DNA from: Coleofasciculaceae cyanobacterium
Lineage (GTDB): Bacteria > Cyanobacteriota > Cyanobacteriia > Cyanobacteriales > Coleofasciculaceae
Assembly (NCBI GenBank): GCA_036703315.1
Contig: DATNPH010000131.1
Coordinates: 1-23,668, forward strand
Length of the DNA: 23,668 bases
Direction: 5' to 3'
Positions 8,081 to 17,386 of this stretch are shown here, one piece after another. The notes under the pieces were generated by a model. That model was not told the origin of the DNA. It made no database searches and saw only the letters and a program-made list of their open reading frames with translations. The first letter of the stretch is position 1, and the number at the start of each line of letters is the position of its first letter. The position numbers and the translations under genes are program-made.

Positions 8081-11000
8081 TTAGATAGGTGCTGAAAAAC
8101 TAATTCTGAACTCGGTACCTACCCTGTGGGTTATTTCCAGAGTTCCATCAAGTTGATTGGTTAAAACTTTCACTATCTGAAGTCCTAATGATTTTACATT
8201 ATTAATGCTCGAATTTATAGAAAAACCTATACCATTATCCCTGACCATAAGGGTTAGATAATTGTTGTCTTTATGATAATCGATAGCAATCTTTACAATT
8301 CCTTCTTTACTATTGGGAAATGCATATTTCAGCGCATTTGAAACTAACTCACTGATAATTAAACCACAGGGAATAGCTGTATTAATATTCAGAGTAATAT
8401 CATCAACATCTAACTCCAAAGTAATTTTTTCGGAATTCACTCCGTAGACTCGGAATAAATAATTAGTCAAGTTTTGAATATACTCAACGAAGTTGATTCT
8501 TGCACAATCTCTAGATTGATACAATTGTTCGTGGACAAGAGCCATCGATTTGACGCGATTGCAGCTTTCTCGAAACACCTCCAGCATGACTCGATCTTTA
8601 ATGTAGTGGGATTGTAAGTCAAGTAGGCTGGAAATCACTTGCAAGTTATTTTTAACTCGATGGTGAATTTCTTGGAGTAAAAGCTCTTTTTCCCTTAACG
8701 ATTCTTTAATCTGTGTTTCTGCCTGTTTGCGATCGCTAATATCTAAGCTAATCCCCGTCATCCGTACTGGTTTGCCTGTTTCGTCGTAAAAAACCTGACT
8801 TTTGCTTTCTATCCAACGAATTCCCCGATCCGGCAAGACAACACGAAATTCAATGTCGCAGTCCTCTCCTGTCTCAATTGAACATTGCTCACATTGACGG
8901 ACACGATCGCGGTCTTCCGGATGAACACAGGCTAGAAAGGCTTCGCAGGTACGCTCCAATGTATTGTTACCCCAGCCATACAGGCGTTCGAGGTTAGGCG
9001 AGCGAGTAACTTCTCCTGTTTGAAGATTCCAGTCCCAGAAGCCCATACGGGCAGCATCCAAGGCGATGCGCAGTCGCTCGTCGCTTTGACGCAGTTGCTC
9101 TTCCCTTTGGCGCAGTTGCTCCTCAGCAAGCTTGCGCTGTGTGATGTCAGTGCAAACGCCAAAAACTCCGCTGAGTTGACCATTAGAAGAGAATATAGGC
9201 TTTTTAATCACTTGATAGCAGCGCACTTCCCCTGTCAGTGTCCTACAAGTAGATTCTGGAATGAATTGCTGTTGCAATGTCGTAAGCACTTCCTGGTCTT
9301 TAGCAACAAATCGCTCTGCCTCGGCTTGATAAGGATTCAACTGACCATCTGTCTTACCCAGCATATCTTCAACAGTTAATCCATAAAAATCTGCCGTGAC
9401 ATGATTAGCAAGCACATACCTACCCTTCAGGTCTTTGACAAAAATCTTGTTCGGATTGGTATCAAGGACAGTTTGGAGAAAGTCTTTCTGGGCTTGAAGT
9501 GCCTGCTCTGCCTGTTTGCGTTTGGTGATATCAATTCCTACGACGACAGTGTTGCTACCTCTGTGGTACTTCTGAGCAGCAATCAGGTAATTTCGGATTG
9601 AGCCGTTAACTTGTACCTCAACGACTTGGTGGTCTGTTTGGGCAGCACTAGCGAGAAACTGCTCCATAAATTGCACAAATTCAGAGCGGTTTTCAAGAAA
9701 GCCCAGTTTTTTGCCGACAAAAGCCTCTGGGGACAAGTTGAAGCTGTTCGCTAGATACTGGTTAACGCCAAGGTATCGCCCCTCGGAATTAATCCAGGAA
9801 ACAAACCCAGGCACAGCATCCAAGACAGCCCGTAGTTGCTCTTTTGCCTGTTGCAGTTCCGACTCTACTGCTTTGAGGGTCGTGATATCAGTAACTACCG
9901 CAAAGCTACCCTTAAAGCCGCCATCAGTTTCTAAGATTGGGATTGAAGAAACCAAAGCGATCAACTTTTGCTCATCGTTTCTTGTGAGTTCCAACTCGTA
10001 AGACCCACTCTCACCCCTTCCACGTCTAATCCTTTGCTCTTGGACAATTTTTTGATTGTCTTCATCCAAGAATTCCAAAATGCTATGTCCAATGATTTCT
10101 ACCTGCGAGTAGCCCAGCATCTCGCTCAATTTCTCATTGACATACGAGATCACATTATCTTCATTAGCGATAATCACGCCCTCGTTCATCCCCTCGATTA
10201 GCAGGCGATACCGATGTTCGCTCTCACGCAGTGCCTCCTCTACCAGCTTGCGCTCTGTAATGTCAGTACTAACACCTAAGACTTGTGTGACTTGACCATT
10301 ATTTGAAACGAGCGGCTTTTTGATGGTTTGAAACCAGTACATTTCTCCAGTTGGAGTGTGGCAAGCCTCTTGGGCAATGAACTTCTGCCGTTGCGTGGTA
10401 AATACTTCCTGATCCTGAGTAATGAACCGCTGTGCCTCGACTTGATCGAGATTCAAATCAGCCTGCGTCTTTTCATAGGACTTGCCGAGTAAGTCTTCAA
10501 CAGTTGTTCCATAAAAATTGGCACAGGCTTGATTGGCAAGCACGACCCTCGCCTCCCTGTCTTTAACAAAAATCATGCTGGGATTAGTGTCAATGACAGT
10601 TTGGAGAAAATCTTTTTGGGTTTTTAGTGCCTCCTGTGCTTGCTGACGTTCGGCTATTTCTTGCCTGAGAAGCGCGTTGGCTTGCTCCAGTTCGGCAGTA
10701 CGTTCAGCTACTCGTTTTTCCAGTTCATCATAAGCTTTTTGTCGGTCTAACTCTGCTTGTTTGCGTTGGGCAGATTCCCGATAGGTATCGCTAATATCTT
10801 GAATCATACCAACCACGTACTGAGCTGATCCATTGGTATCACAGACAGCTGAAACTGATATATTGACCCAGATTAGATAACCATCTTTTCGGAAGCAACG
10901 CTTTTGGAAGCTGAAGTGATTGCGTTGTCCTGCTAGCAGTTCCTGAAACAGTTTAATGCTTTCTGATCGGTCGTCTGGATGGGTCAACTGAATCAAGGAC

Positions 11001-11887
11001 AGGCTTTGGAGTTCTTCTGGGGTGTATCCGAATAGTTTCTGAAAAGCCTGATTGGTTTCGATAAATATCCCCTGTGTATTAGCAAGCACCATACCGACCG
11101 AAGCGGACTCAAACACGCTTCGGAATCGCTGTTCACTCTCCCGCAGTGCCTCCTCTGTTTGCTTGTTTTTGGTGATATCTCGGCAAATTCCTAGTACGGA
11201 TGCTACAGATCCATCAGCGGCTAATTCTGGGAAGAGACGAGTTTGATAATACTTCCAACCCTTGGGAGTAAGGTAACTGAACTCATGCTCATCTAGCTCA
11301 CCTGTCTGGAAAACCTTTTGTAATGATGGCTCCCACAGGGATAAAAGTTCTTGGGGTATACCTAGCTCCTGATAGGTTTTCCCAAGATATTCCTGAGGTG
11401 GGATTCCTGTCGCCAGTTCAACCGCTGGGTTGATATAGATATAACGCAGTTCTCGATCAAAGCGGAAAATGATATCTGGGGAATGTTCAACAAGCGCTCT
11501 GAACTCCTGTTCCCGTTGATGTAAAATATCTTCTGTTCGTTTGCGCTCAGTGATGTCTTCTGAAAAACCAGCGATGCCCCAAGTTTCCCCAAATTGATTT
11601 TGGACGGCAAAGGCACGCGATCGCACCCAACGCATCTCTCCATCTGGTCGTAAAATCCGGTACTCGGCTTTGTACTCATTGTGAAATTGTTGGGAAAAGG
11701 CAGCAACGGCGCGATCGTGATCGCTCCGATGAATTGACTCCACAATCAAGTTCAAATGACCGCCAGGGTAAGTGTACAATCTTTCACGAGGATAGCCCCA
11801 GAGCGTCTCAAAAGCTGGACTAACGTAGAGCAACTGCTGACGATCAGCTGAGGTCAACCAAAAGACTTCCTGAATAGTTTCTGACAT
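8081..11887 (-). CDS. Multi-PAS/PAC sensor histidine kinase of the HisKA_2 type (1268 aa from ATG 11887; the track ORF extends to a TTG at 11914)
   Basis: At least six PAS/PAC-like modules separated by coiled-coil linkers, two of them clear internal duplicates ([20 protein letters not shown]... and [20 protein letters not shown]...). C-terminal [17 protein letters not shown] is the HisKA_2 H-box, with HATPase_c ([24 protein letters not shown]). Confidence 0.8.
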   Translation of the reverse strand: MSETIQEVFWLTSADRQQLLYVSPAFETLWGYPRERLYTYPGGHLNLIVESIHRSDHDRAVAAFSQQFHNEYKAEYRILRPDGEMRWVRSRAFAVQNQFGETWGIAGFSEDITERKRTEDILHQREQEFRALVEHSPDIIFRFDRELRYIYINPAVELATGIPPQEYLGKTYQELGIPQELLSLWEPSLQKVFQTGELDEHEFSYLTPKGWKYYQTRLFPELAADGSVASVLGICRDITKNKQTEEALRESEQRFRSVFESASVGMVLANTQGIFIETNQAFQKLFGYTPEELQSLSLIQLTHPDDRSESIKLFQELLAGQRNHFSFQKRCFRKDGYLIWVNISVSAVCDTNGSAQYVVGMIQDISDTYRESAQRKQAELDRQKAYDELEKRVAERTAELEQANALLRQEIAERQQAQEALKTQKDFLQTVIDTNPSMIFVKDREARVVLANQACANFYGTTVEDLLGKSYEKTQADLNLDQVEAQRFITQDQEVFTTQRQKFIAQEACHTPTGEMYWFQTIKKPLVSNNGQVTQVLGVSTDITERKLVEEALRESEHRYRLLIEGMNEGVIIANEDNVISYVNEKLSEMLGYSQVEIIGHSILEFLDEDNQKIVQEQRIRRGRGESGSYELELTRNDEQKLIALVSSIPILETDGGFKGSFAVVTDITTLKAVESELQQAKEQLRAVLDAVPGFVSWINSEGRYLGVNQYLANSFNLSPEAFVGKKLGFLENRSEFVQFMEQFLASAAQTDHQVVEVQVNGSIRNYLIAAQKYHRGSNTVVVGIDITKRKQAEQALQAQKDFLQTVLDTNPNKIFVKDLKGRYVLANHVTADFYGLTVEDMLGKTDGQLNPYQAEAERFVAKDQEVLTTLQQQFIPESTCRTLTGEVRCYQVIKKPIFSSNGQLSGVFGVCTDITQRKLAEEQLRQREEQLRQSDERLRIALDAARMGFWDWNLQTGEVTRSPNLERLYGWGNNTLERTCEAFLACVHPEDRDRVRQCEQCSIETGEDCDIEFRVVLPDRGIRWIESKSQVFYDETGKPVRMTGISLDISDRKQAETQIKESLREKELLLQEIHHRVKNNLQVISSLLDLQSHYIKDRVMLEVFRESCNRVKSMALVHEQLYQSRDCARINFVEYIQNLTNYLFRVYGVNSEKITLELDVDDITLNINTAIPCGLIISELVSNALKYAFPNSKEGIVKIAIDYHKDNNYLTLMVRDNGIGFSINSSINNVKSLGLQIVKVLTNQLDGTLEITHRVGTEFRISFSAPI

Positions 11888-11926
11888 TGGAAAAAATCGT
11901 TTCTGCCTTTCCAAATGTAGGGTAAC

Positions 11927-12865
11927 TCAAGAACGAGAATCCCTTCTCAATCGCGTTCTAATTTCATAGAGTCCCATTAATGCCGTGGCTACTCCCAAAG
12001 GAAGGAAATAGTACACTCCACGATACGCTAGCAACGTTCCAAAAATTGTCGTTGCGGGAATTTTAGACGAGAGGAGAAGCAATATTGCCCCTTCAAACAC
12101 CCCCAAACCACCAGGAACATTGCTGACAACGGCTCCAGTCATCGCCAGTAAGAAGATACCCAAAAAATCCATAAAGGATATCGGTGTAGGAGAGGGTAGC
12201 AAGACGTAAAGAACTGCTGCTGCCACAATCCAATCCATAGAAGAAATGCCAAGCATAGCGAGAGAGATCTGGAGAGAAGGGAACCGAAACTCTCGCCCAC
12301 GAATTTTTAACGGTTTCCTACTGATAATGCTGCCTAATAAATAGGCTGCCACTAAAAGTAGGAAAATGATACCGAGAGGACGCACGGAGAGAGGCAATTT
12401 GAGCTGGATAGGAATTTCTAGGGGATGCGAGAGAAACATTACCCCACTAACGGCCAACAATCCCAACCAGAAACTGATATTCTCGAACACAATCACTTGG
12501 GCGATCGCGAATGCTGATACTCCCCAAGTGGAGTAAAAACGATAACGAATTGCACTACCCGTGAGGAAGGCAAACCCTACAGTGTTGGTTGCGGCGGAGC
12601 TAATAAAGCCAGTAAAAAAACTTTTGCTGAAGGCAATGGAATGACCAATATAGCGAAATGCTAAATAATCATAGATTGATATTCCATAACCTAAGGCTGA
12701 CAATCCGATCGCCGAATATAAGCGGCTTGCCGGAAGTGCTGTCAGAGTGTTGACTATATCACGGTAGTTATAGTGCCGCAGTTCGTGGTGGATAGCGGCG
12801 AGTGAAATACCGAGAAGCACGAAGCCTAACAGTGAGGTGAGGTTATCAAGGAGCTTTTTGGGCAT
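11927..12865 (-). CDS. MprF flippase-like integral membrane protein (LPG_synthase_TM / UPF0104 family), about 8 TM helices
   Basis: Polytopic, with the family hallmark ...NVPGGLGVFEGAILLLL... near the C-terminus and a conserved basic RGREFR loop. Ends 12 nt upstream of the PAS kinase start region and sits downstream of the synthase-domain gene. Confidence 0.65.
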   Translation of the reverse strand: MPKKLLDNLTSLLGFVLLGISLAAIHHELRHYNYRDIVNTLTALPASRLYSAIGLSALGYGISIYDYLAFRYIGHSIAFSKSFFTGFISSAATNTVGFAFLTGSAIRYRFYSTWGVSAFAIAQVIVFENISFWLGLLAVSGVMFLSHPLEIPIQLKLPLSVRPLGIIFLLLVAAYLLGSIISRKPLKIRGREFRFPSLQISLAMLGISSMDWIVAAAVLYVLLPSPTPISFMDFLGIFLLAMTGAVVSNVPGGLGVFEGAILLLLSSKIPATTIFGTLLAYRGVYYFLPLGVATALMGLYEIRTRLRRDSRS

Positions 12866-12876
12866 AGGGAGTGGGA

Positions 12877-13044
12877 GGTTGGAAGGTTGAAAGTTGGAAT
12901 GTTGAAAGATGAAAGTTGGAATGTTGAAGATTGGAATGTTGAAGGTTCTAATCGGCTAATCAGTAGCCCGTAACCTAAAAATGTGCAACTTGCAACTTGC
13001 CAACCTGCAACCTGCTAACCTTCAAACCTTTAAACCTTCAACTT
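12877..13044. repeat. STRR-like short tandem repeat block: a (GTTGGAAK GTTGAAR)n array (12877-12947) followed by an array of its complement (TGCAACY/TTCAAAC, 12981-13044), able to fold into a long imperfect hairpin
   Basis: Seen directly: gttggaaggttgaaagttggaatgttgaaagatgaaagttggaatgttgaagattggaatgttgaaggtt ... tgcaacttgcaacttgccaacctgcaacctgctaaccttcaaacctttaaaccttcaacttt. GTTGAAGGTT (12938-12947) is exactly complementary to AACCTTCAAC (13033-13042). Sits in the 181-nt gap between two co-oriented genes. Confidence 0.6.
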
Positions 13045-13046
13045 TG

Positions 13047-14720
13047 TTATGACCCTGGCTTAAAGTAATCTAGCAAGCGATCGCCTGAGTCAGCTCGAAT
13101 CAGCGCTACAATCACTTCTGGCAAAGCGGTTCTCCCTGGATAGATAAAATAACGGGGTTCCCAAGAAGGTTTAAATTTCTCCTTGAACGCATGCAACCCC
13201 TTGAGATTGTAGAACTGGTTTAAGTGCTTATAAAGATAGTGTAGGGCTTGTTCTAGGCGGGGAGACTTAGGTTTTTCACCAACACCAGAGAGCGCAGACA
13301 GACCGAGGTTAAATGTGTCATATCCTCGCTCCTTAAAATGCTGAAACATCAGGGTAAACAAAAAGTCCATTGTGCCCTGTTCTACCTCAGTCCGCCGCCG
13401 CATCAGATCAATCGAAATCTCGTTCAACTGATACTCTGGAATTACATTAGCAAAGGCACTAATCTGACCGTCAGGAGTATGAACGGCAACAATTTCACAC
13501 TCTCGTACATACTCATCATGAAACCAGCCTAAAGAGAACTGTTTTTCCGAACCATGTGTCAGATGGAGCCACTCATCACTCACTAGCTTTAGTTCTCGCA
13601 GTAATTCATCAGAAATTGGGGATTGGTAAAACTTGACCTCATGCCCCAATTTTTTCATGCGGTTTAACGCTGCTCTCCAGTCTTTGCCAGCTTTCCCTTG
13701 CAGAGTAAAGGCTTTGAGGTCTGCGATCGCTTCTTCGCCAATCTTGAGAACTCGAAAGCCTAGTTCTTTATACAGGTCTAAATCATCGGGTAATGTCTGG
13801 TAAAAGGCTGGATGCCAGTCATTAGACTGACAAAAATGCTTAAAGCCAATAATCACTTCCTTGCGGTCATCATCAGGACCAATTGGGTCTCCCAGCGCGA
13901 TCGCTCCTCGACCTTTCGGTACGTAAGCAATCACACTACGTCCAGAAGGGCTGAAGTAGTAAGCTTTGTCACTCAATAGTGTTAACCGCGCCAACGATGT
14001 TCGCCCATACTGCTCTACAATTTCCTTCGCCTTCTGCCGTTCTTCTGAAACAGCCGGTTCCCCTCGCAACAACACAGGTCGCAAGAGCATAAACAGAGCA
14101 TAACTAAGCGTAACGGCACCAACTAGGTAAATTGAATTAACAAAAAAGCGCCCATAATGAGTTCTCGGTTCTATCCCAGCATTATCTTCTGTAAAAAATA
14201 GTGCTAGGGTTTGAAGCAGAGCCTCAGAGAGACTATAGTGTGCGCTATAGTGCCGCCAGTCTAATAGAAAAAAGCCTGCGGTTCCATAAGCGAGAGTAAA
14301 TAGTAGCGCCCCAATCAGCACTTTGAACCCTTGAGCTATGGAAGGTCGGTCTGAATGAGCTGTGAACACATCACGCATAATTAGCAGTTGAACCAGCAGC
14401 ACCGCAGACAGCAGACACTCCTCCCAGTCAAGCCCTTTGAGTAAGTGACTGATAATCGAGATAATTAGCAATCCAACTGTCAACAGCCAAGCTATCCGCT
14501 TACGTCTTGACAAATTAGTCGCTAGCATTAACAGGAAAAATCCGGTAATTACAGCAAATAAATGCCCACCCTCCCGCACCTCAAAGGGAAAAATGCCCCG
14601 GATCCAATCAACCCGTCCCCGAAGACTAGGCGTTACACCAGACAGCAGGTTAACCACTCCTACTAAGCCAGTTAGGAGAGCTGCTGTCCATACACCAATC
14701 TGAGTGCGTCGTGTCAACAC
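13047..14720 (-). CDS. Aminoacyl-phosphatidylglycerol synthase-like protein: MprF synthase half (6 TM helices plus C-terminal DUF2156/LPG_synthase_C catalytic domain), without the flippase domain
   Basis: C-terminal YGRTSLARLTLLSDKAYYFSP.GRSVIAYV..G.AIALGDPIGPDDD and EKFKPSWEPRYFIYPG...PEVIVALIRADSG align with the S. aureus MprF C-terminal domain. N-terminal half is hydrophobic. GTG start at 14720 with GAGGA RBS 9 nt upstream. Confidence 0.7.
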   Translation of the reverse strand: MLTRRTQIGVWTAALLTGLVGVVNLLSGVTPSLRGRVDWIRGIFPFEVREGGHLFAVITGFFLLMLATNLSRRKRIAWLLTVGLLIISIISHLLKGLDWEECLLSAVLLVQLLIMRDVFTAHSDRPSIAQGFKVLIGALLFTLAYGTAGFFLLDWRHYSAHYSLSEALLQTLALFFTEDNAGIEPRTHYGRFFVNSIYLVGAVTLSYALFMLLRPVLLRGEPAVSEERQKAKEIVEQYGRTSLARLTLLSDKAYYFSPSGRSVIAYVPKGRGAIALGDPIGPDDDRKEVIIGFKHFCQSNDWHPAFYQTLPDDLDLYKELGFRVLKIGEEAIADLKAFTLQGKAGKDWRAALNRMKKLGHEVKFYQSPISDELLRELKLVSDEWLHLTHGSEKQFSLGWFHDEYVRECEIVAVHTPDGQISAFANVIPEYQLNEISIDLMRRRTEVEQGTMDFLFTLMFQHFKERGYDTFNLGLSALSGVGEKPKSPRLEQALHYLYKHLNQFYNLKGLHAFKEKFKPSWEPRYFIYPGRTALPEVIVALIRADSGDRLLDYFKPGS

Positions 14721-14978
14721 GGCGGTATCCTCACAAGATAAGCAAGTCGAAAGTTAAAACTCAAAAAGGGGAAATTTAATAGAAGACTCTTGGCTGCTGC
14801 CTGCATGCAAACTAATTGTGGAACAGCTTTAAATTCAGGTTATGCACTTGGATGATTGAGCTTCTAGTCGATGGCAGCAATAATTTTCCACCAGTTCAAC
14901 AGGCTCCAAGCACAGCGAGAATAGCAAACAAGAAGTACATTTAGCTTTCCCTGCTCTCGCTTACAACTAATGCTTTCC

Positions 14979-15929
14979 CTACTTTTTGTTTTGTGCAAGT
15001 GCTTGCTTGAAGTTTTTTCCCACATAAGAAAGTGAATCTGTTGCATGCTTGTGATTATAATTCCAGCCATAATCAGGTCCAGATACACCATGACCACCAG
15101 GGAAAATATTAAACTCGTTTTCTATACCCAATGCATCCAAAGTCTCATGAAACTGTTGTGTAGATTCGAGAAATTCATTTCCGGCTAGGTCATCTTTTCC
15201 CGCATCTAAATATATCCGCAATCGCTTACGTTCCTCTGCTGGCAGCTTTTTCACAAACTGCTGAGGACTATTTTCGGGTCCACTCTGATCGGTAAAATAA
15301 CCGATGTGACTAAAGAGAATATTGAAGTTATTTATGTGGTGTAAACCAATGTTAACGGCACCCCAAGCCCCAGACGATAGACCTCCAATTGCCCAAAACT
15401 GCGGTGACTCTAATGCCCGATAGCGTGACTTTACAACTTGGACGAGTTCTGACCCAATCAACGTTCCAACGTTGCCATTGGGGCCGTCGAAATACTGAGG
15501 GTCAAATTGGGGACTAGAACCACGCTTGTCATTGCCATCGGGGGTAATCACGATTGACGGCGGCAGTTTCCCACTCTTGTAGAGGCTATCTAGTACAGGA
15601 ATTATGCCAATCTTTTTCACCCAAGCATTAGCATCATCATGTCCCCCGTGCAGCAAGAAAATCACAGGATAGCGTTTTTGGGCATTCTGATTGTAGCCTG
15701 GCGGCAAAATTAGACCGTATTGTCGAACTTCCCCCATCGCCTTGCTGTCGAAGGTTTGTAGGCTAAAGGTTAGCTTGTTGTCTTTATTGTTGTTGTCTTT
15801 AACGGTTGTTGGAGGAGGATCGAGCTGCGGGGCACCGAGCATATATACATACCAGTAAGCCGCCCCAGCTAAAAGCCCTATAATCCCAACAATCCCAGCA
15901 CTTATAATTAAAAGTTTTCGGGATTTCAT
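14979..15929 (-). CDS. Membrane-anchored alpha/beta-hydrolase 'putative esterase' family protein (enterochelin-esterase-like)
   Basis: N-terminal TM anchor LLIISAGIVGIIGLLAGAAYWYVYM. YPVIFLLHGGHDDANAW and the nucleophile elbow GGLSSGAWGA (G-x-S-x-G) are typical of the putative-esterase family. Confidence 0.65.
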   Translation of the reverse strand: MKSRKLLIISAGIVGIIGLLAGAAYWYVYMLGAPQLDPPPTTVKDNNNKDNKLTFSLQTFDSKAMGEVRQYGLILPPGYNQNAQKRYPVIFLLHGGHDDANAWVKKIGIIPVLDSLYKSGKLPPSIVITPDGNDKRGSSPQFDPQYFDGPNGNVGTLIGSELVQVVKSRYRALESPQFWAIGGLSSGAWGAVNIGLHHINNFNILFSHIGYFTDQSGPENSPQQFVKKLPAEERKRLRIYLDAGKDDLAGNEFLESTQQFHETLDALGIENEFNIFPGGHGVSGPDYGWNYNHKHATDSLSYVGKNFKQALAQNKK

Positions 15930-16340
15930 CGCTTGGAAATAATTGACTTCCTTAACTACCTAGAGTTTATTACTACAATTACACCGTCACGGGTCAATTT
16001 CAGGTTAAAAACTCTAGCTTACATAGACTACTACAAAATGATAGAGGATTGACTAATAGAGTTCCCTCTAACATACACAGAGCACTAGTCGATGTAAACA
16101 TCAACACAATTTATCTTTATGCCTATCTAAACGGTAGGTTAGGACATATCTACAAAGTCCAAAATCTCGAATGAAGGGGAAGCCTTGGCTCATAAAACTT
16201 TGGGGTTAAACCATAGAGTTTCATCCGAATGTTCCCATTAAGAGATTTGAACGCAGCCTTCAGTTTGAGGTTACTCAGTCAATTGAATAAATCAATTTTT
16301 CTTTATTTTAGAGTTAGTTTTTATAGAAAAGAAGACTATT

Positions 16341-17240
16341 CTAGGGAATAACTTGATGCTGTGGTCTCACAGCTTGAATGAAGTTGAAAGCTAAAGCTGT
16401 AGTGATAAGGACTATCCCCACAGACTCACTCAGTCCTGGTTTCTCTCCCAGTTGTACCCAAGCCGCCAGCACACCGATTACTGGAGTAACCAACATCCCT
16501 AAACCTGCCGTACCAGCCGAGAATTGGCTCAATGCATAAAGCCAAAGTAACCAGGCGATCGCGCTGCCAGGGATGACGTTGTAGATCAAGGCAGCAATAA
16601 ACTGTGCAGACCAATCAACAGGTGGAGCTGGGACAACCAGAGCAACCAAGATCAATGGAATGCTACCAAACAGCATTTGCCATGCGGTAAGAGAAAGTAA
16701 ATCCAGTGAGGCTTTCTGATGCAGTTTCTTCGCAACAATTGCACTCAGCGCCCAAGTGATACCTGACAAAAGCGCAAGTCCTTTACTCATCAAGTCACTT
16801 GTCAGGTTAAACGGCATGAGAATGAACAGCAATCCACCTAATGCCAAACCAACACTAAGCCACTGCAATCCCCGCAAACGCTCTCCAAGGACAATCCAGG
16901 CTAGTATAAGCACCCAAAAGGGCATCGTGTAGTTGAGCACAGCCGTTTTACCAGCACCACCACTAACCAATGCCCACATTGAAAAACCGAGAACCCCACC
17001 AGTTTGCAGAATACCGAGCAAAAACGTTCCAGGAATTTCTTTCGGTCTGATAGGTCTGTGCAACCCAATCATTACCAAAAACAGACTCAATGCCCCAAAT
17101 AATGCTCGCATCGCAGCGAAGTCAAAGGCTGGAGAATACCTCAGCCCCACTTTCATTACTACCCAGTTGTAGCCCCAGATAACAGCAAGTGCAAGTAGGG
17201 CGAGAAGTGCGTATCTTCGTGAAGGTTCTTGTTTAGACAC
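16341..17240 (-). CDS. DMT superfamily transporter (EamA/RhaT-like, 10 TM helices)
   Basis: Two repeated 5-TM halves with LLA..IWG.N.V..K and GE..s..q..G motifs. GTG start. Confidence 0.75.
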   Translation of the reverse strand: MSKQEPSRRYALLALLALAVIWGYNWVVMKVGLRYSPAFDFAAMRALFGALSLFLVMIGLHRPIRPKEIPGTFLLGILQTGGVLGFSMWALVSGGAGKTAVLNYTMPFWVLILAWIVLGERLRGLQWLSVGLALGGLLFILMPFNLTSDLMSKGLALLSGITWALSAIVAKKLHQKASLDLLSLTAWQMLFGSIPLILVALVVPAPPVDWSAQFIAALIYNVIPGSAIAWLLWLYALSQFSAGTAGLGMLVTPVIGVLAAWVQLGEKPGLSESVGIVLITTALAFNFIQAVRPQHQVIP

Positions 17241-17344
17241 TGACTCAAAGTTTGTTAAGAATTTCCATTTTCGCTAAAAGGCTTGGTGTTCAGGCACAGC
17301 TTAGTATTACGCCCTTAAACACTCAGATCAGGGGAAAAACAAAT

Positions 17345-17361
17345 TAGATAAACTAGATAAA
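17345..17361. promoter_or_regulatory. Direct repeat TAGATAAAC TAGATAAAA in the divergent promoter region between the DMT transporter and the flotillin-like gene
   Basis: Two 8-nt identical copies spaced 9 nt apart, 26-42 nt upstream of ATG 17387. Candidate regulator half-sites or -10-like elements. Seen in sequence only. Confidence 0.2.
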
Positions 17362-17386
17362 AATGCTTCCTCCTCGAGAGGGAAAT

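Noticed and set aside
9020-10201. Plus-strand ORFs (119, 66, 96, 77 aa) inside the big kinase gene
   Set aside because: Antisense to a continuous 1268-aa multi-domain ORF. No motifs or start signals.
12877-13044. Possible CRISPR array
   Set aside because: Repeat units are only 7-8 nt, with no unique spacers of 30-40 nt. The structure is two opposed microsatellite-like arrays (STRR-like), not repeat-spacer architecture. No cas genes nearby.
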